Shown: positions 1 to 13,934, counted from the whole stretch's first letter. The stretch: DNA of 63,495 nt, filler included, from Reticulomyxa filosa (GCA_000512085.1; 16 parts of 16 records of this genome joined end to end with filler, not necessarily neighbours in it); one strand, 5' to 3'. The notes: generated by a model not told the origin, from the sequence alone. A program made the numbers and translations.

Positions 1-61
1 TTTTTTTTTTTTTTTTTGATAATTAAGTGAAATTAAAATATATATATATATATATAATAAA

Positions 62-3000
62 TGAAAGGATTGTGAACAACTTAAAAAGAATTTTCTGTTG
101 GCTCGATTTCGATCAAATGTCCAATCAATGCTGAAACGTAAATACAAAGAGGCGTGGGAAAAAGAACGAGACCAATACATGCAAGTCCAAAAGTGTGCAG
201 AAGTAGCAGGCAACGAACATGAGAAGCTACGCTATCGACTTGTGCTTGCCCAACGAAAGATCGAAAAGTTAAAGAACGAGCGTTTGGGCTTCAAGACGCT
301 GTATCACTTGGCAAAGAATGCGTTCCGCAAATGCAATTATAAAAACATGGTCCAGCTACAAGCACTGAAGCTGCAACTGGTCCAATGCGAAACGAAGGCA
401 CGCTTAATGCAAGACAAGTTTGCTGCCGTCATGAAATGCAGTGATCTGTGGCGAACGCAAGCGCATGACACTGAGACACAGCTGGAGAATTTGAAAGAAG
501 AAAACGACTGGCTTTGCGACGAGGAACAACACTTATCCAACAAAATCAATCACTTTCAACATCAATTCAATCAAGAGCTTCTTTCGAGCCATAGCACTTT
601 TGATAACCCAGATTATGGCACATGTGCGACTCAAGTTAAATCCCCTTTTTCCTTTGATTTCACATACATATATATGTACATATACATTTGTATGTGCATG
701 AACATATACGTGTAAATGCAACTGTTGCATTTTTTTTTTTTTTAAAAAAAAAGAAGCAATTGCAATTGGTTCCAGTCAAACGAGTACTACTATCAAACGA
801 ATCAATATCGCCATTCATGGCTGCTCCTGTCGCCAGTGCCTCTCTATTGCTTCTGACGAAATCGCAACTTAATAACCAACAATATATCATCAACCGCTTA
901 AGATCAGTTGCTTTGGTATGACTTGAAATTCAAAAATTGTTTATTTGTTTGTTCTTTCGAATTGGCTTGGGGGAATAAAAAAAAAAAAAAACACAATTGA
1001 AAAAGATTGAACAGGTGTCGAAAAATGAGATGAAAACATTGGAAGATCACGTGAGCAGCACCGTGTTAAGATATGAAACCCGACTTGGCCACATGATGAA
1101 AATGTTGAGTTTGGTGAAGCAAAGCATCCAGTGCAACAGTTGCGACAAGGGCAAACGAATAGAGAAAATACGCTCCACAGTTTACAATTTGGGCTCTCAA
1201 ATCCAAAGCCTCACGCACGTGTTTCGGCACCAAATCCAAGAGGTGGTATGTCAGACTATCCAAAGTTGTTGTGACTTTTGGAAGCAGGCCAAAGATACCA
1301 TTGTTTATGCCATAGTTAAAAACCATTCTCTTCTAACCATTACCTCTTCTCCTCAAAACACAATCACAAATTTGTTTCTGTTTTGTTTTGCTTTGTTATA
1401 TCAGAGTGAAGAGTGCAAGCTAGAAATAAGTGATGAAATGACAACAACAACAACAACAATTAAAGAATTGTCCAATAGTGCAAACGTTGAACAAACGAAA
1501 GAAGAAGATACTTCAGAAGATAGTCTATTCACTGAAGATCTCAACGAAGATCTTGAACAGTCCAGAAGTGAAGACTTTTTAACCAAGACATTTGATAGCT
1601 CTGGCACAATGGTATTTATATACATATATGTACTTTTTTTTTTTCAAACTATCCAAATAAAAAAAAATAAACGTGATAATAACAAGTAAATCAGTCAATA
1701 AACAAATAACGGCTTACAAAAAATATTAGGTAAGATCGACCAATGCAATATATGGTGTAGACCTTATTTGTTCCCCTCGACAAAAGAGTGCGGAAGAAAC
1801 AGACAGCCAAGTTGCCGAGCTCAAGTCCCAACAGAACAAGTTGATGGAAGAGCTGCGTGCTCGTGACAACGAAATTGATCTCACAAAGGATCGCTTGCAG
1901 ATACTTCACGTGTCACTGGTCTCAAAGCTGAGTGAAAGCAGTCGTGTTGTGCGTGAGTTGCTTTGTCAAAATACACTTCAATCCGAACAAGTTGCATTTG
2001 TGTCACACGCACACACACACACACATATATATGTTGAAAATGGGAGGGAACTTGATCAAATATTGTATGTTGATTGAATACGAGGGTCTTAGGTAACCCA
2101 ACTGAAAGAACAAAATGAACAGTTGGATAAGCAAGTGGGGTCTCTCAATGGACAAGTGCTTGTCTTAACCGAAGAAATATCCGGCTTGAAAGAAAAGGAC
2201 AAAATTAATAACGAGCGTAACGAAAAGAATAACGAAAGAGAAAAAATTACTGGTCTCAAATTGGACGAACTTAAAACGAAAATGTACGAAAAATTCCAAG
2301 GGTTTGCCCAAACAATAAAAGTCTTGGAAGAAGAGATTGAACAAGAAAAATGCTTTGGAAAGAAGACAAAGATGTCATTGACACAGTGTCAACTTGAGTG
2401 TTCGCAGTGGAAAGCTAAATATCTGGAAAAAGATGAACACAAGAATGAAATCGAGAACGACAAGGTCGTGTTGGACTTTACAGACATGGCCATGGAAACA
2501 ATCTCTGTCACAGAGGTCCGGTCATCGCCCTATTCGAAAAGTGCCGAAACTGAGTACAATTTCAACAATAGCGGAACAAAGAAAGAGAAGGAATTGAAAC
2601 ATGCAGTGTCTTGTTTACAAGAAAAATACAATTCCATGGCGCAATCTTTCCAGGATCTGTTCACAGAAAATGACGAGCTGAAAGTGGAAAAGTGTGAGCT
2701 GCAAGCAGAAGTAAACCAATTGGAAATGCAGTTGAGCAAGGCCGTTGCTGATTCGCAAGAACAAAAGAGAATTGACAAAGAGAACATCAACAAACTGGAA
2801 GAGGAGTTGGAACATAAAAAATTATTGCTACTTGATATGCAAAAGAAAGAGGAGGATATGCACAACAAACAAAAGGAAAATGAATTGCTTCATGAGCAAA
2901 TTGACAAGTTGTGTTTATATATGGCATATATTTGTTAATTTTTTTTTTTTTTTATGTATTATTGTAATAATAAAACACTCTTTTTTTTTTTTCCATTCAA

Positions 3001-4895
3001 TAGATTAAAAATTGACTTTTCTCAAGTGAATGAACAATTGACCTCTTCTGTTCAGAATGAGTGCCTTATGAAAGCAAATCTCGATCATTCTCACGATGAA
3101 AATTTGGAATTGAAGACACTTTGTGATGAAGTGATAGAACAAAACAATCAACTGAAACGTGATGTCGAAGATACCACTCATTATGTTTGTGATCTATAAG
3201 AAGATCTTTTCTATTTTGGTTTTGCTTTGTAAGATTGCCTACGTTTCTTTTACTGTACATTTTCTACAATAGGCGCGACAATGGGAGGGTCGTGCAAAAT
3301 ATGTTGAAGAGAAATTACATAAAGCTAAAGATGAACAAAAGCTATGGGAAGAAGAACATCAGCTTGCAATGAAACGTATATCGACACTCGAGGAATTAAT
3401 TCAATTGGGGGAATCAGAAATTCATCGACTGCAATTCGACAACAAATCTTGGTATTGTAGTTTGTTTTTTGTTTTTTTTTTTTTTTACATTCAGTGTTAT
3501 ATGTATACGTCAACACATATTTGCCTCACAATACAAATTGCATTGCAAGTAACTTGCGTGAGCAAATGCTGGAAGATATGGTTTATCAGATGAAAGAAAG
3601 TAATGTTAACTTGTTGAAATGGCTCCATTCGGCATGGAAACAACTGACGGGACAGGCCAATTCACAACACAGCGATACCAACTATCTCGAATGGCAGAAG
3701 GATTTCAAAGAATCTTGCCTTGAAGTGTTGCTCGAGATGTTGCAATCCCGTGTAGATAATTTGAGACATGCTTGCGTCAAGTGGCTACGGACATGTGAAG
3801 AAGAGTCCTTTCACAATTTGAAAATTCAGTCAGCGGAGTGGAACGAAACACTAAAACAAGCAAACGATTTCGTCGCAAAAAAAATTATACAATTGCAAGC
3901 ATTTGTTGACAAACACGAACAAAAAGACCAATTTGAACAAGAGAACAAGCAAAATAAAGGTAGCTCAAAAAAACAAAACACATGTTGATGAAACAGAAGT
4001 GTTTTTGTATTTGTTTCTCTATTGAAAAATGTTAACTGTAAAACGTTGACTTTTAAAGTCCGAATAAAAAAAAATTGAGCTGTTTTTTAAAAAACAAAAG
4101 ATGAATTTGTCGTGTGGGATATTCAAGAGCTCCAGCATCTACAAGAACGATTGCAATTATGCAGAAAACAAACTAGCAAATCCAAAAGCATGAATGTTTT
4201 GTGAAGAGCTTACTTTATTCAACATTTGACATTTTATTTTCTTCATTCGTTTGAAACAACTTTCAAAAAAACAAAAAAATTATAGGCAATCTCTTCAATA
4301 AGCAAAGATCAAACGAAACAACTTGAGTTAGAGTCTCAAAAAGAGGTAGCAACATCGAAAGGACTGTTTGAATATCAGACCGACGAGCTCGATAATAATA
4401 AAAAAAAATACAAAGAGAGAGTTTTTGGATGATCAACAAGAGTTAAGAGATCTGATACACGTTAATGAAGCAAATTTAGTTGCAATGGACGAAGTAATTA
4501 CAAATATCGACTGTCACCAAAATGCCGAAGTAACAGCAGAAAAAGATAACAAGCCAATAGAAACGATGACTATTTCGTCTGAAATGCTCTTCCAAAGCCA
4601 AGATTCTCCAACCTTTGAGCAAGAGATGCCCTATAATCTTATAGTGTAAACAGATTTTTTGAGTAATTTTGAAATGTACAAATAAAATAAATTAGAAAAC
4701 GCATTTTTTTGCATTTTTTGCTTGTATAGACCAGAACAAACACCAAGGAAATCGATTTCAGTTAGTGATCTATCTCCTGTACTCAAAGAAGACTCTGTTG
4801 ATAGCAAAAAGAATGAAAACACAATTCAGTTGGAGATACCAGATACAAATGAGTATTCGCCAAAAGACACTATCACAGACCCCACGGAGTGGTAA
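62..4895 (+). CDS. Large multi-exon coiled-coil protein, 5' partial; exon boundaries approximate
   Basis: Successive E/K/Q/L-rich ORFs (98-715, 997-1689, 1841-2077, 2123-2938, 2954-3199, 3494-3988, 4368-4649) separated by short GT..AG AT-rich introns; last exon ends ...DPTEW* at 4895. Confidence 0.7.
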
Positions 4896-5458
4896 ACTAG
4901 TTGGTGTTTTTGAGATTGCGGAAGGTTATGAAAGATGTTGCACTAATTGTTTTGGAACATTTTCTTAATCTATTTTCTGTGTTGATGCCTTACACAACAA
5001 ATTTTATTTAAGAGGGTTGAGGGGAGAATTCCCTTTCAGTGGGATTATTTTTAATGGGCTAATTGTTTTGCGTTATTACTTATTTAATTCATTGTTTTTT
5101 GTTCTATATGGAAAATTTTGAAAGATCTTATTTTCTGCTAAAGTTTTGTTATGAGAAGTGCAACCAGTATCTTGCAATCTAGTTGTCTGCTATTTCTAAC
5201 TTTTTTCATATGCGCTCATCCAAAATGATCAAAAAGTCATCAAGGCAGAACGATTGACAGTTCGACTCAAAAACAAATGAAATTCATCAAGCAAAAATTC
5301 GATGTATCTCTTCTGTAGACAGAACAATGCTTATCGAGCTGAACAAAGAATAAACAAAAAAGACCACACTGTCTCACAATTTCCCTTCTTTTTTTTTGAA
5401 AAAAAAATAAATGGTAGAATCACAAATGGTCATTTTTGTAAGAAAGCTTGCGAAAATA

Positions 5459-8400
5459 TCACTCAGCGTGATCGATCAGCTCTTCGTTTGAACGGCCAAG
5501 CTCGGTATTGAGAGACGATGTTGTATCAAAAGATTGTAAAAGCCACGAACGACCACGGTCTTGACCTGCTCCATTATCTTCTGGTTGGAGTTCAACCTCT
5601 TCGACTTCTAAGTTTGAATTGGAATTTAAATTTACATGTTTTTTTTTCCCAAACAACGAAAAGGGACGATGTTCATTTTTTTTGTTTTCTCCATGATCGT
5701 TTGAGGGCCCAACAAGTTTATCAGAGCTCTGATTCCGGACTAAACTGGCATCCATTTGCACATCGTTTTCTAGTTATAAAACAAAAATATCCCAAATTTC
5801 AGGCATTATACACAGATCAAAGAACATACATAAAGTACCTTCTTTGGATGAAAAGCTCATAAAAGTATTGGCAGTATAGTACGGCATTGACTCTTTTGGT
5901 GTTTGTGAGCCAACTGGAATTGTATTTCCGTGTTGTGGTGGTGTAATAGCGGCAGCAGCGCCAAAATTCGCCCATGCTTGTTCATTTTGAGATGAATCTC
6001 CGTCATTTTTTTTGCCTTGCTCTTGGTATTGATTTCGAGTTGGATCGCTCTCTCTTGCCTTTGCTTTCTCGTTGTCATTTTCATTTGGATTATCCTTTCC
6101 TTTTTCTTTTCCTTGTTCTTTATCTTTATTTTCCGGCTCAAGCAGCATTGTCTGAGATTTCCGTCGTTTGTTGCTATTGCGAATTTCATCGAAAATACTG
6201 CCATTCCCATAAACAGGACTTTTATCTTCTTCAAAAGCACGCCAGGATGGAGCGATGACTGCTGAGGTGGAGTTGCTCTCACGTTTGTTGTTGATAAAGC
6301 TGGTCAATGGAACTTGTCCGGCGTTTGAATTGCCATTCTTTTCAACAACTATTTCATCTTCCATTTCATTCGACAATGACTCTTCCATATATTCTTCATT
6401 TTCTTCACGAGTGTAACTTTTCTTCGACTTTTTCCTTGAACTAATGATTTTAGCTTTTGCCTGTGCTTTAGCCTTGGCCTTGGCTTTTTCGCTTGCTTTT
6501 GCAATTGCCTTCACACTGAGACTGGAAAAGCGTTTCGGATTGCGTCGACAGCGGAATGCATATGTTATACAGCATACGGAACATACGGACAGCACGCACA
6601 CCACAACCAGTGCGTACATAAAGTGGTTGTCAAACCACTTGGCTACCCCTCGCCAAAATTTCTGAAAACCTGAGGAACTGGATGTATTGACACTCGTGGA
6701 AGTGTCTGTAAATAGAAAAAAAGAAATAGGAGGGGACAATGTCATTCACAAATTTGTCAATTTATTTTTTGGTTGTTGGATTTCAAAAGCGTGTCAAACG
6801 ATACACATCAATTCGTTAACAATACTCAAAAAAAAAAAGAAACAATCAGCAAAACTTTTTGAGCATAACACAAAGTAGCCGAAGTTTGAGTAGCGAATAA
6901 ATCTGTACTCAAATTTTGTTGGTTTAGTTGATCATTCAACTCTTGGATAAACTCCGTAGACGATGCATAGGAGATTGCCTTTTCTTCGTTGTATTCATCA
7001 GCCACATTGACCAACCACACCATTCCTATCTACTTTGATAGTAGCGTGTAGATTTTTATTTGTACACATACACATTGCATATCTCGAGTTTAAACAAGTA
7101 GGTACACTTTATTTTGAAAATATAAATAAATAAATGAAACAAAACTTGATAAGGACGAGGTTGAATTTTGGTGTTATTAATGTCATAATCATTATTCCAA
7201 TAAATCTCGATTATTTGTATTTGCTGATTGGTAAGAATTGATTTAATTATATTGGTTAGTGTCTCGATGTTCACATTATCTTCCAAATTGGTTACACTGT
7301 AACGCGAATCAAATGTCCCTACTAATTCCACTATACACATACACATACATGTACATATATTGTTCATTTTATTTGAAGAAAAGGAAGCAAGGGGAGGGGG
7401 GAGGGAGAAAAAGTCTCTCCGAGCATTTATGTGACAACCCTTTTTCCTCCTAAAACTTTTTCTTTTTTTTTTTTTTGCAATCATACCGGTAAAGCCTCCC
7501 AAGGACAAAACATCCAAAGTTGGTTTCAATGTCGGTGAGCGCGTAGTCATTGAAGAAATTTTGGACGTGGCCGTACTGAGAACAGGACTTACGGTATTGT
7601 TTGTGTCTGTAACCATGGCTATTGAGACAGATGCCATACCGCAGCAAAGCACCTTTTTTTTTTTTTTTTTTTTGAATTCCAAAAAAATTATTTGAAAGCA
7701 CAAACCAAAATCAAAGTGTTCCAACAACACACACAAAAAAAAAAAAAAAAAAAGATGGAAATATATGCTGATGAGGACATTGTAGTTTCGAAACTCCTCC
7801 AAAATCCAAAGTTGTCTTGGTGATCAAGACCAGTTCGAGCACTGACTGTGCGGAAGACGCATTTTTTAAGTACCATCCATAAGTGCCATTGCTTAATCCT
7901 TCCTTGTGCAATCGAGACGACAACACGGCATTAAACGCCCCACATTTGATCTTTTCGTCATCGTTCTCATTGGTTTGCACCCAATTGGTTTCCGACGATA
8001 GTGCACAACCATAAATCTTTCATCAGTTTTCAGTTAAAACACATTTCTTTATTAAAGTAAAGACAAAATAAACAAACAAAAAAGATACACAGTCACGAAA
8101 CATCATTCATAGTGGCGGCATGACTTTCCGTCAAGTCACATACAAAAGGTGCATTGCTCTCGTTACGAGAGGAGGTCTGCAATGAGGCATAAAACTTATT
8201 GTCACCTGCGAGCATCGAACACAGGTCGTATGATAAACCCAAACTTGCTGCTGTTATTTCGCTATCACAAACCTATTTTTTTTTTTTTTTTTTTGTTCCA
8301 CATACTAAAATACCAAAAAAAAACACGTATACGTGCCATTAACTTTGTAACCACTGCCACATGGATTACGAGGAGAATAAGAAAAATTTATCAACTCAAA

Positions 8401-8664
8401 CATTGTATCCCATTCTGCTGCACAACCTGATGTTTTTTGAAAACACATTTTTTAAAAAAAGGAATGGTGCATCTCATTGCTTCTTTGTAATGTAGGATAT
8501 TTCATACCATAAACACCGTTTGGAACAAATTCAACCTCACAAGTCGCCCAACTTGAGCAACCATTGGATTTCCTGCAATCACAATGCCCCAACGCAAACC
8601 AGAGTAATTCTAAAGACAAAAAAATTTTTGTCAGGTTTGAACGCCATGCCATTTTCATTTGCAT
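5459..8664 (-). CDS. Multi-exon single-pass (type I) membrane protein with a Cys-containing ectodomain, S/T-rich stalk and charged cytoplasmic tail
   Basis: Signal-like N-terminus (LTKIFLSLELLWFALGHC), Cys-containing exons at 7750-8430, TM helix FMYALVVVCVLSVCSVCCITYAF followed by RCRR, low-complexity tail in ORFs 5774-6745 and 5459-5761. Confidence 0.6.
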
Positions 8665-9064
8665 TTTTTCAATAATGCCCTTTTATTGCAAATGTATTTC
8701 TTAAAAAAAGGGACCACTTCGTGCAATATACCCAAAAAATCAATTTCGGTTTCGTGCAGATGAATAGAACACTTTAGATTTACTCTTAGTTATGAAAGAA
8801 TAAGGAATAATTTATGTGACAAATCATGTTGAAGCAGCTAAGTGTTATGATTAAGTAGTCAGCATTCTCTTTGGAATAACTTGGTCAAGTTCTTTGACGA
8901 TACACATTACCAAAGCAAATAGAAGCATGTTTGACTACTTGACATTGTGAAATGTATATCAAGCTTTAACAAAATTGTATGGGCATTATGTTCCTTTTTT
9001 CTGTCCATGAAAAATATTCTTATTGACTAAGAAAATAAAAATTGTTTAAGTTTTCTTTTGCGTG

Positions 9065-9509
9065 TTATAATTTTGCTTTGCCTTTGGAAAGCGCATAACT
9101 TCCTTTTGTATACAATACTCTCCGTGATGCTTTAAACTTTCCTCCAAATTTTTTAATTCCCTCTGCTCGCATTTTTTGTGACCCTTTGTCAAAGTACGCC
9201 TGCAATTTTTCTCTGGACTCAACTCTATTTATTTGTGTTACAAGAGGGAAAGGAGAGGAAGAAAAGGAAAAAATTGAAGATTTAATCTTTGGATGTAATA
9301 AACATGTCAAAAACAATCCATTACACGTATTGCACTGATTTAAACACTGCATTTCCAGCATCCGGTTGAAGGTTCTCACTGTCAAAGATTTTAGCTGAGA
9401 TAAACCCGTCAAAACGCAGCATCTCTTCAATGTGTGGCTTGAGCCATGCGATGTATGCCTCAGCAATGTCTTTGTCAAGTTCTAGATTTACTTCATAAAT
9501 GACTGTCAT
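9065..9509 (-). CDS. DUF4286-like small protein; exons 9509-9325 and 9224-9065
   Basis: MTVIYEVNLELDKDIAEAYIAWLKPHIEEMLRFDGFISAKIF...SVQY/VVESREKLQAYFD...MRAEGIKKFGGKFKASRRVL matches my recollection of the DUF4286 pattern; a 100-nt GTAATG..ATAG intron restores the frame. Confidence 0.75.
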
Positions 9510-9969
9510 CTCTCAAAATTTTTTTGGGTCACAAAAAGAGCAAGAGCGGATCAAAAACTAGGAACAAAAGTAAAAGGTTTCCGGTCAAATTATCGATCTT
9601 AACCATTGAATTTGTGCATCGTTTCTGTTGTTTACAATTATGCAATGACCCGCTATGCAGTCTTGAAAAAAGTGCAAATTTTAAATAATTTCACATATAA
9701 CCCTAAAAACTACGAAGCAATTGTTGTAGCGTTATAGTTTATACAAAGATAGACATGGAGTTGCACATTGTTTTAAAAGATGCAGAGTGAACATAATGTT
9801 CGTTGTTGTCTTTGCGCTGTAAGTCCTAGAACACAAGACTTTGGAAAACGAAGGGTATATATTGACCAAGACAAAAAACACAGAACAGCACGTTAATAAG
9901 CGAAATTTAACAAAACGACGTGCTGATATTTGAAATTTATTCCACGGGGTTAAGGACTCCTTCCTTGGT

Positions 9970-10532
9970 ATGCTTGCATCATACTGGATAACAGGACAGC
10001 GACGACTGTCACAAGAATCACAGATCCATTCTCGAACCCATGACGCGGTGACATCACAAAATGGCCCTAGTTGGGTGGAATTGCCGAATATCGGAGGATC
10101 AAGAAAGAGCAGTATATCGTTACAAGAGCCATTTTTATCGTCGATAGAGGAGCAAGGACCTAAAATGAGTCGGTGTTGTTGTGATTATTCGACGTTGCGA
10201 TACACTTATCCATACGCGTGTAGTGTGGTATTTTACTTGTTGCTTATGTTTACATTGCTGATGTTGGGAGGAGGAATTTTCTTCGCTTGCGAGTATCAGC
10301 ACGAGGAGGACCGGATTGCATATAAAAAGCAGAAATATGATTACTTTATCCAACATTACCTGGTCAACACGAGTAACGCCACTGTCAACGAGCTCGACGA
10401 ATTGCTTAAACTCGGTGACATACCCGAAGATACCACCTGGAATCGTTGGACTTTTTCCAGAGCTATAGCCTTCGCTTTTACCACGATTACTACTATTGGC
10501 TATGGATATGCTGCACCAGTGACAAATGCTGG
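9970..10532 (+). CDS. Two-pore-domain (K2P/KCNK-like) potassium channel, 3' partial
   Basis: TM1 (LLLMFTLLMLGGGIFFACE), cap region, then WTFSRAIAFAFTTITTIGYGYAAP pore helix with GYG filter; contig ends in an intron. Confidence 0.85.
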
Positions 10533-10642
10533 TTAACCTATAAATATTTATACATATACATATATATATAATATATATAATATATATAATATATATTATA
10601 TATATTATATATGTATATGTATATGTGTACTTATTTTTTTTT

Positions 10643-10742
10643 NNNNNNNNNNNNNNNNNNNNNNNNNNNNNNNNNNNNNNNNNNNNTTAATTAATTAANN
10701 NNNNNNNNNNNNNNNNNNNNNNNNNNNNNNNNNNNNNNNNNN
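10643..10742. other. Artificial contig-joining spacer. First of 15; the others start at 11841, 18426, 33662, 36183, 38758, 40576, 44083, 46102, 49069, 50351, 53036, 54310, 58082 and 62249, each 100 nt
   Basis: Identical N44-TTAATTAATTAA-N44 block with stops in all six frames; genes are cut at these points. Confidence 0.98.
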
Positions 10743-10775
<33 letters not shown>

Positions 10776-10810
10776 TATATGTATATATACAAATTATATA
10801 AAACAACTTA

Positions 10811-11430
10811 ACAACGTCGTCGTATCGGAATATGGTCACACTCATGACCATGAGAGAAAGAACGAGGAGTATCCAGATAATAACCGAGACGGTTATACCT
10901 TGCTGTGTGTTGTCAAGGACGAAAAAGACCAACACTTGGATGAGTGTGACAAGTAGGAGGAGGAAACCGTAGAGAATGCCAAGCCATTTGATATTCCCCA
11001 GAGTTTTATAGTGAGTCAATACCCAGGATTTAAATTGCGGGTCCAACTGCTTTCGCCATTGTTGCGAGTCTTGCACCTTTCGAATGCTCAAAAAACTCAA
11101 CCAAAAACGCATATTGATTAGCAACAACAGGCTATTATTAAACAAATCGTTTATTACAAAGTATATCTTTTGATTCCTTTTCGCCCCTTCTTGATCCTCT
11201 TCACTCTTCGTCAGTATTGTCTCCAATGGTATTAGCACAAACACGTATACTGCATATAATATGTGCGTCATTCCAAGCAGTGAAAAGTTACGCTGCTGGA
11301 TGAAACGCTGTCGCTTGTACTTCACAAACACGAACAGCGACCCAAACACACACAACGGTAGTGTTATCCCAAATGTCAAACATAGTGTCACCAGAAACAA
11401 TACTGAAGACGGATTCTCTGTTATCTTCAT
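10811..11430 (-). CDS. Multi-pass membrane protein (five TM helices visible; possibly a 7TM receptor-like protein), 3' partial
   Basis: Five hydrophobic segments in ORF 10687-11430; truncated by an intron and the contig end. Confidence 0.55.
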
Positions 11431-12046
11431 TTTTTTGTCTTATTTTAATACAAAAGTTAGTTATCTTATCCTTTTTTTTTCCCTTCAACCACCGGGTAAC
11501 TACTTCAAAGTACGTCACAACGAACTTTTTTGTTGCTTTAGAATCTTTTTCAAGTTAATTTAAAATTCATAAATTGAAACAAAATACTGTCGCATTTTAA
11601 GCAAGAAATTGTCAATTGGCTCACACTGGACAGTTAATCATCTGTGAACAATAAGTTAAAATAAACTTTTGTAATTCAATATGATTTATCCTTTATTACT
11701 ATTGTAGTACAAGTCCATATTCTAAAGGCTTGAATTCGGGAGGACCCGAGAAACCCCTAGTGGGTTAAACTTGTTTTACAACCTTCTTCACTTTGTCTTG
11801 TTTGTTTTTTCCTCTTTTTCGTGTCATTTCTCTTTAATTTNNNNNNNNNNNNNNNNNNNNNNNNNNNNNNNNNNNNNNNNNNNNTTAATTAATTAANNNN
11901 NNNNNNNNNNNNNNNNNNNNNNNNNNNNNNNNNNNNNNNNTCTTTTTTATGAATCTTTTATTCAAATATATTATTATTTTTTTGAACAAACTGACAAAAA
12001 ATTGAACCAAGTGCCATTAAATAATTTTGTTTGCAATTATGAATCT

Positions 12047-12081
<35 letters not shown>

Positions 12082-12304
12082 TATCACTTAATCATTGTGC
12101 TATTCTTCGAAAATCGAGATATATTGTGATCCAGCAAACTTCAATCGCTATATATCAACACAATAAACTTGATTCTTTTTTTTGTATAGCAATATATCTC
12201 TGGAACACTGCCAGAACAGTCAAGAATCTAGTCAGAACAATATATTATATTATATATAATATATTGGAATATTTCCGGAACGTGCTTCAGCACTGGCAAC
12301 TGGA

Positions 12305-13934
12305 ATGAACACAAATAATTCTCAGTTTATGATGTCAGTGTATGCAACAAAGGCAATGAACAGGAAAAGGAAAAAACTGTCTGATAACGAAAATGATGGT
12401 AATCAATCGTATCAACCTAATAGTAAAAGACAAAAGATTGAATTCAAAGTACCTCAACTAGAGAAAATAGTTGAAAGCCATGAAGAAGATGATCAGACAA
12501 ACAAAGAAAATGACCTAAAATGCAATTTAAATGATGAAAAAAAGAATGAGGAAAAAAAGAATGAGGAGGTAAATGAAGATAATGTTTGGAAAAAAAGCAG
12601 AAAAATCAGACGTCAATATTTTTGCGCAAATTTTCCAACATTGGTCATTACTCCTGTCAAAGGAAGGATGCTGTTATCTGCGTCATCCTTAATTCGGTTT
12701 ATGAACATAGATCCAAAGTTTATCAGACCAAAAATAAAAGCACACACACATTCAGCAAGTTGGCGAACACTTTATGTCCATCTATCCAAAAGTGTTCAAA
12801 TATCAGACTTGGAAGAAATTTCAAATCGATTCAATGACATACACAGTAATCAAATTGTACAAAATCTTTCTAAAGATGAAGATGATGAAGTGCATTTTGT
12901 ATCACCAAAATGCTGCATATTTCAACAATCATATCAAGAAGAAGCAAAAAAGAAGAGGATCGAAAATGTAAATAATCCAAATGTGAATCGTTATGTGCTC
13001 CTTAAAAATATAAACATACGCGAATCAGAAAAAGAAATTCTTGAATCTTCTTGCAGAATACAAATATAATATTCAAGACATTCAACGTTTCAAAGGACTT
13101 CCAATTGTAAAAGTATTGATGTCATCAGCTGAAGATGTAAAACGAATTCTAAGTGACAATAATATTTTTATTGGATATCGACAAGTGCAATGCGAAATAT
13201 ATGACCAAAATCGTCGTCGCCCAAGGAAATCATTCAAGCAATGTCGAAAATGCTATGGTTTAAATCATATTGCAAATGAGTGCAATAAAAAACCAGTATG
13301 TAAGTATTGCGGAAGAATAAATCATTGTGCCACTCAATGCAAATTCAAAAAATCACCAAAGAAACATCATTGTGTGTTATGTAAAGGCAATCATAGAAGT
13401 GATTCATTGATTTGTCCAAAAACTAAGGATATCAGACAGAAACTTGGAATTTCTTTTACAAGGCGTGAAAATGAAATTATTAATAGAAAAATGAATCAAA
13501 TCAATAATCACAATCAAAAAGACAAGACCACTGCTGTAAGCATCAAGATAAATCCAAATAAACAAGTCAATAAACAAGCCCAAGATACCGACAAACAAAA
13601 ACTGTCTCCAAATCAAAATAATAGCCATAAAAAAGAGTCAAAGGATAAATTGGAGTCGGTGAATAATTTTGGAGTCCAAAATTATAACAAAAATACCAAC
13701 AAAAAAGATAATGCGAATAATTACTCATATACCAGCTATAAAAATGACGACGAGATGTCTGCCCTTCGTGCAGAAGTTGCAAGTTTAAAAAATACGGTTG
13801 AAAAATTGAGTATGTTTATCGATAGAATGATGCCATTGATGGAACAGAATTCAAAGTTTGGAGGCACTCATTATTCAAATAATGCACTAGGTAATGCAAG
13901 TGAAACAACAGACGGAACCATGGATCAATGGTAA
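12305..13934 (+). CDS. LINE ORF1 nucleic-acid-binding protein (RRM-like domain, three CCHC knuckles, C-terminal coiled coil), split by a +1 frameshift near 13040
   Basis: ORFs 12305-13069 and 13041-13934 join as ...RESEKEI/LNLLAEY...; knuckles CRKCYGLNHIANEC, CKYCGRINHCATQC and CVLCKGNHRSDSLIC. Confidence 0.85.

Noticed and set aside
10548-10625. Near-palindromic (TA)-rich stretch
   Set aside because: Intronic TA microsatellite; self-complementarity is intrinsic to such repeats
10643-10742. Recurring TTAATTAATTAA palindrome as a biological repeat or CRISPR-like array
   Set aside because: It is always centred in exactly 44+44 Ns and is an artificial six-frame-stop linker; ORFs ending in XXX-LIN are artefacts
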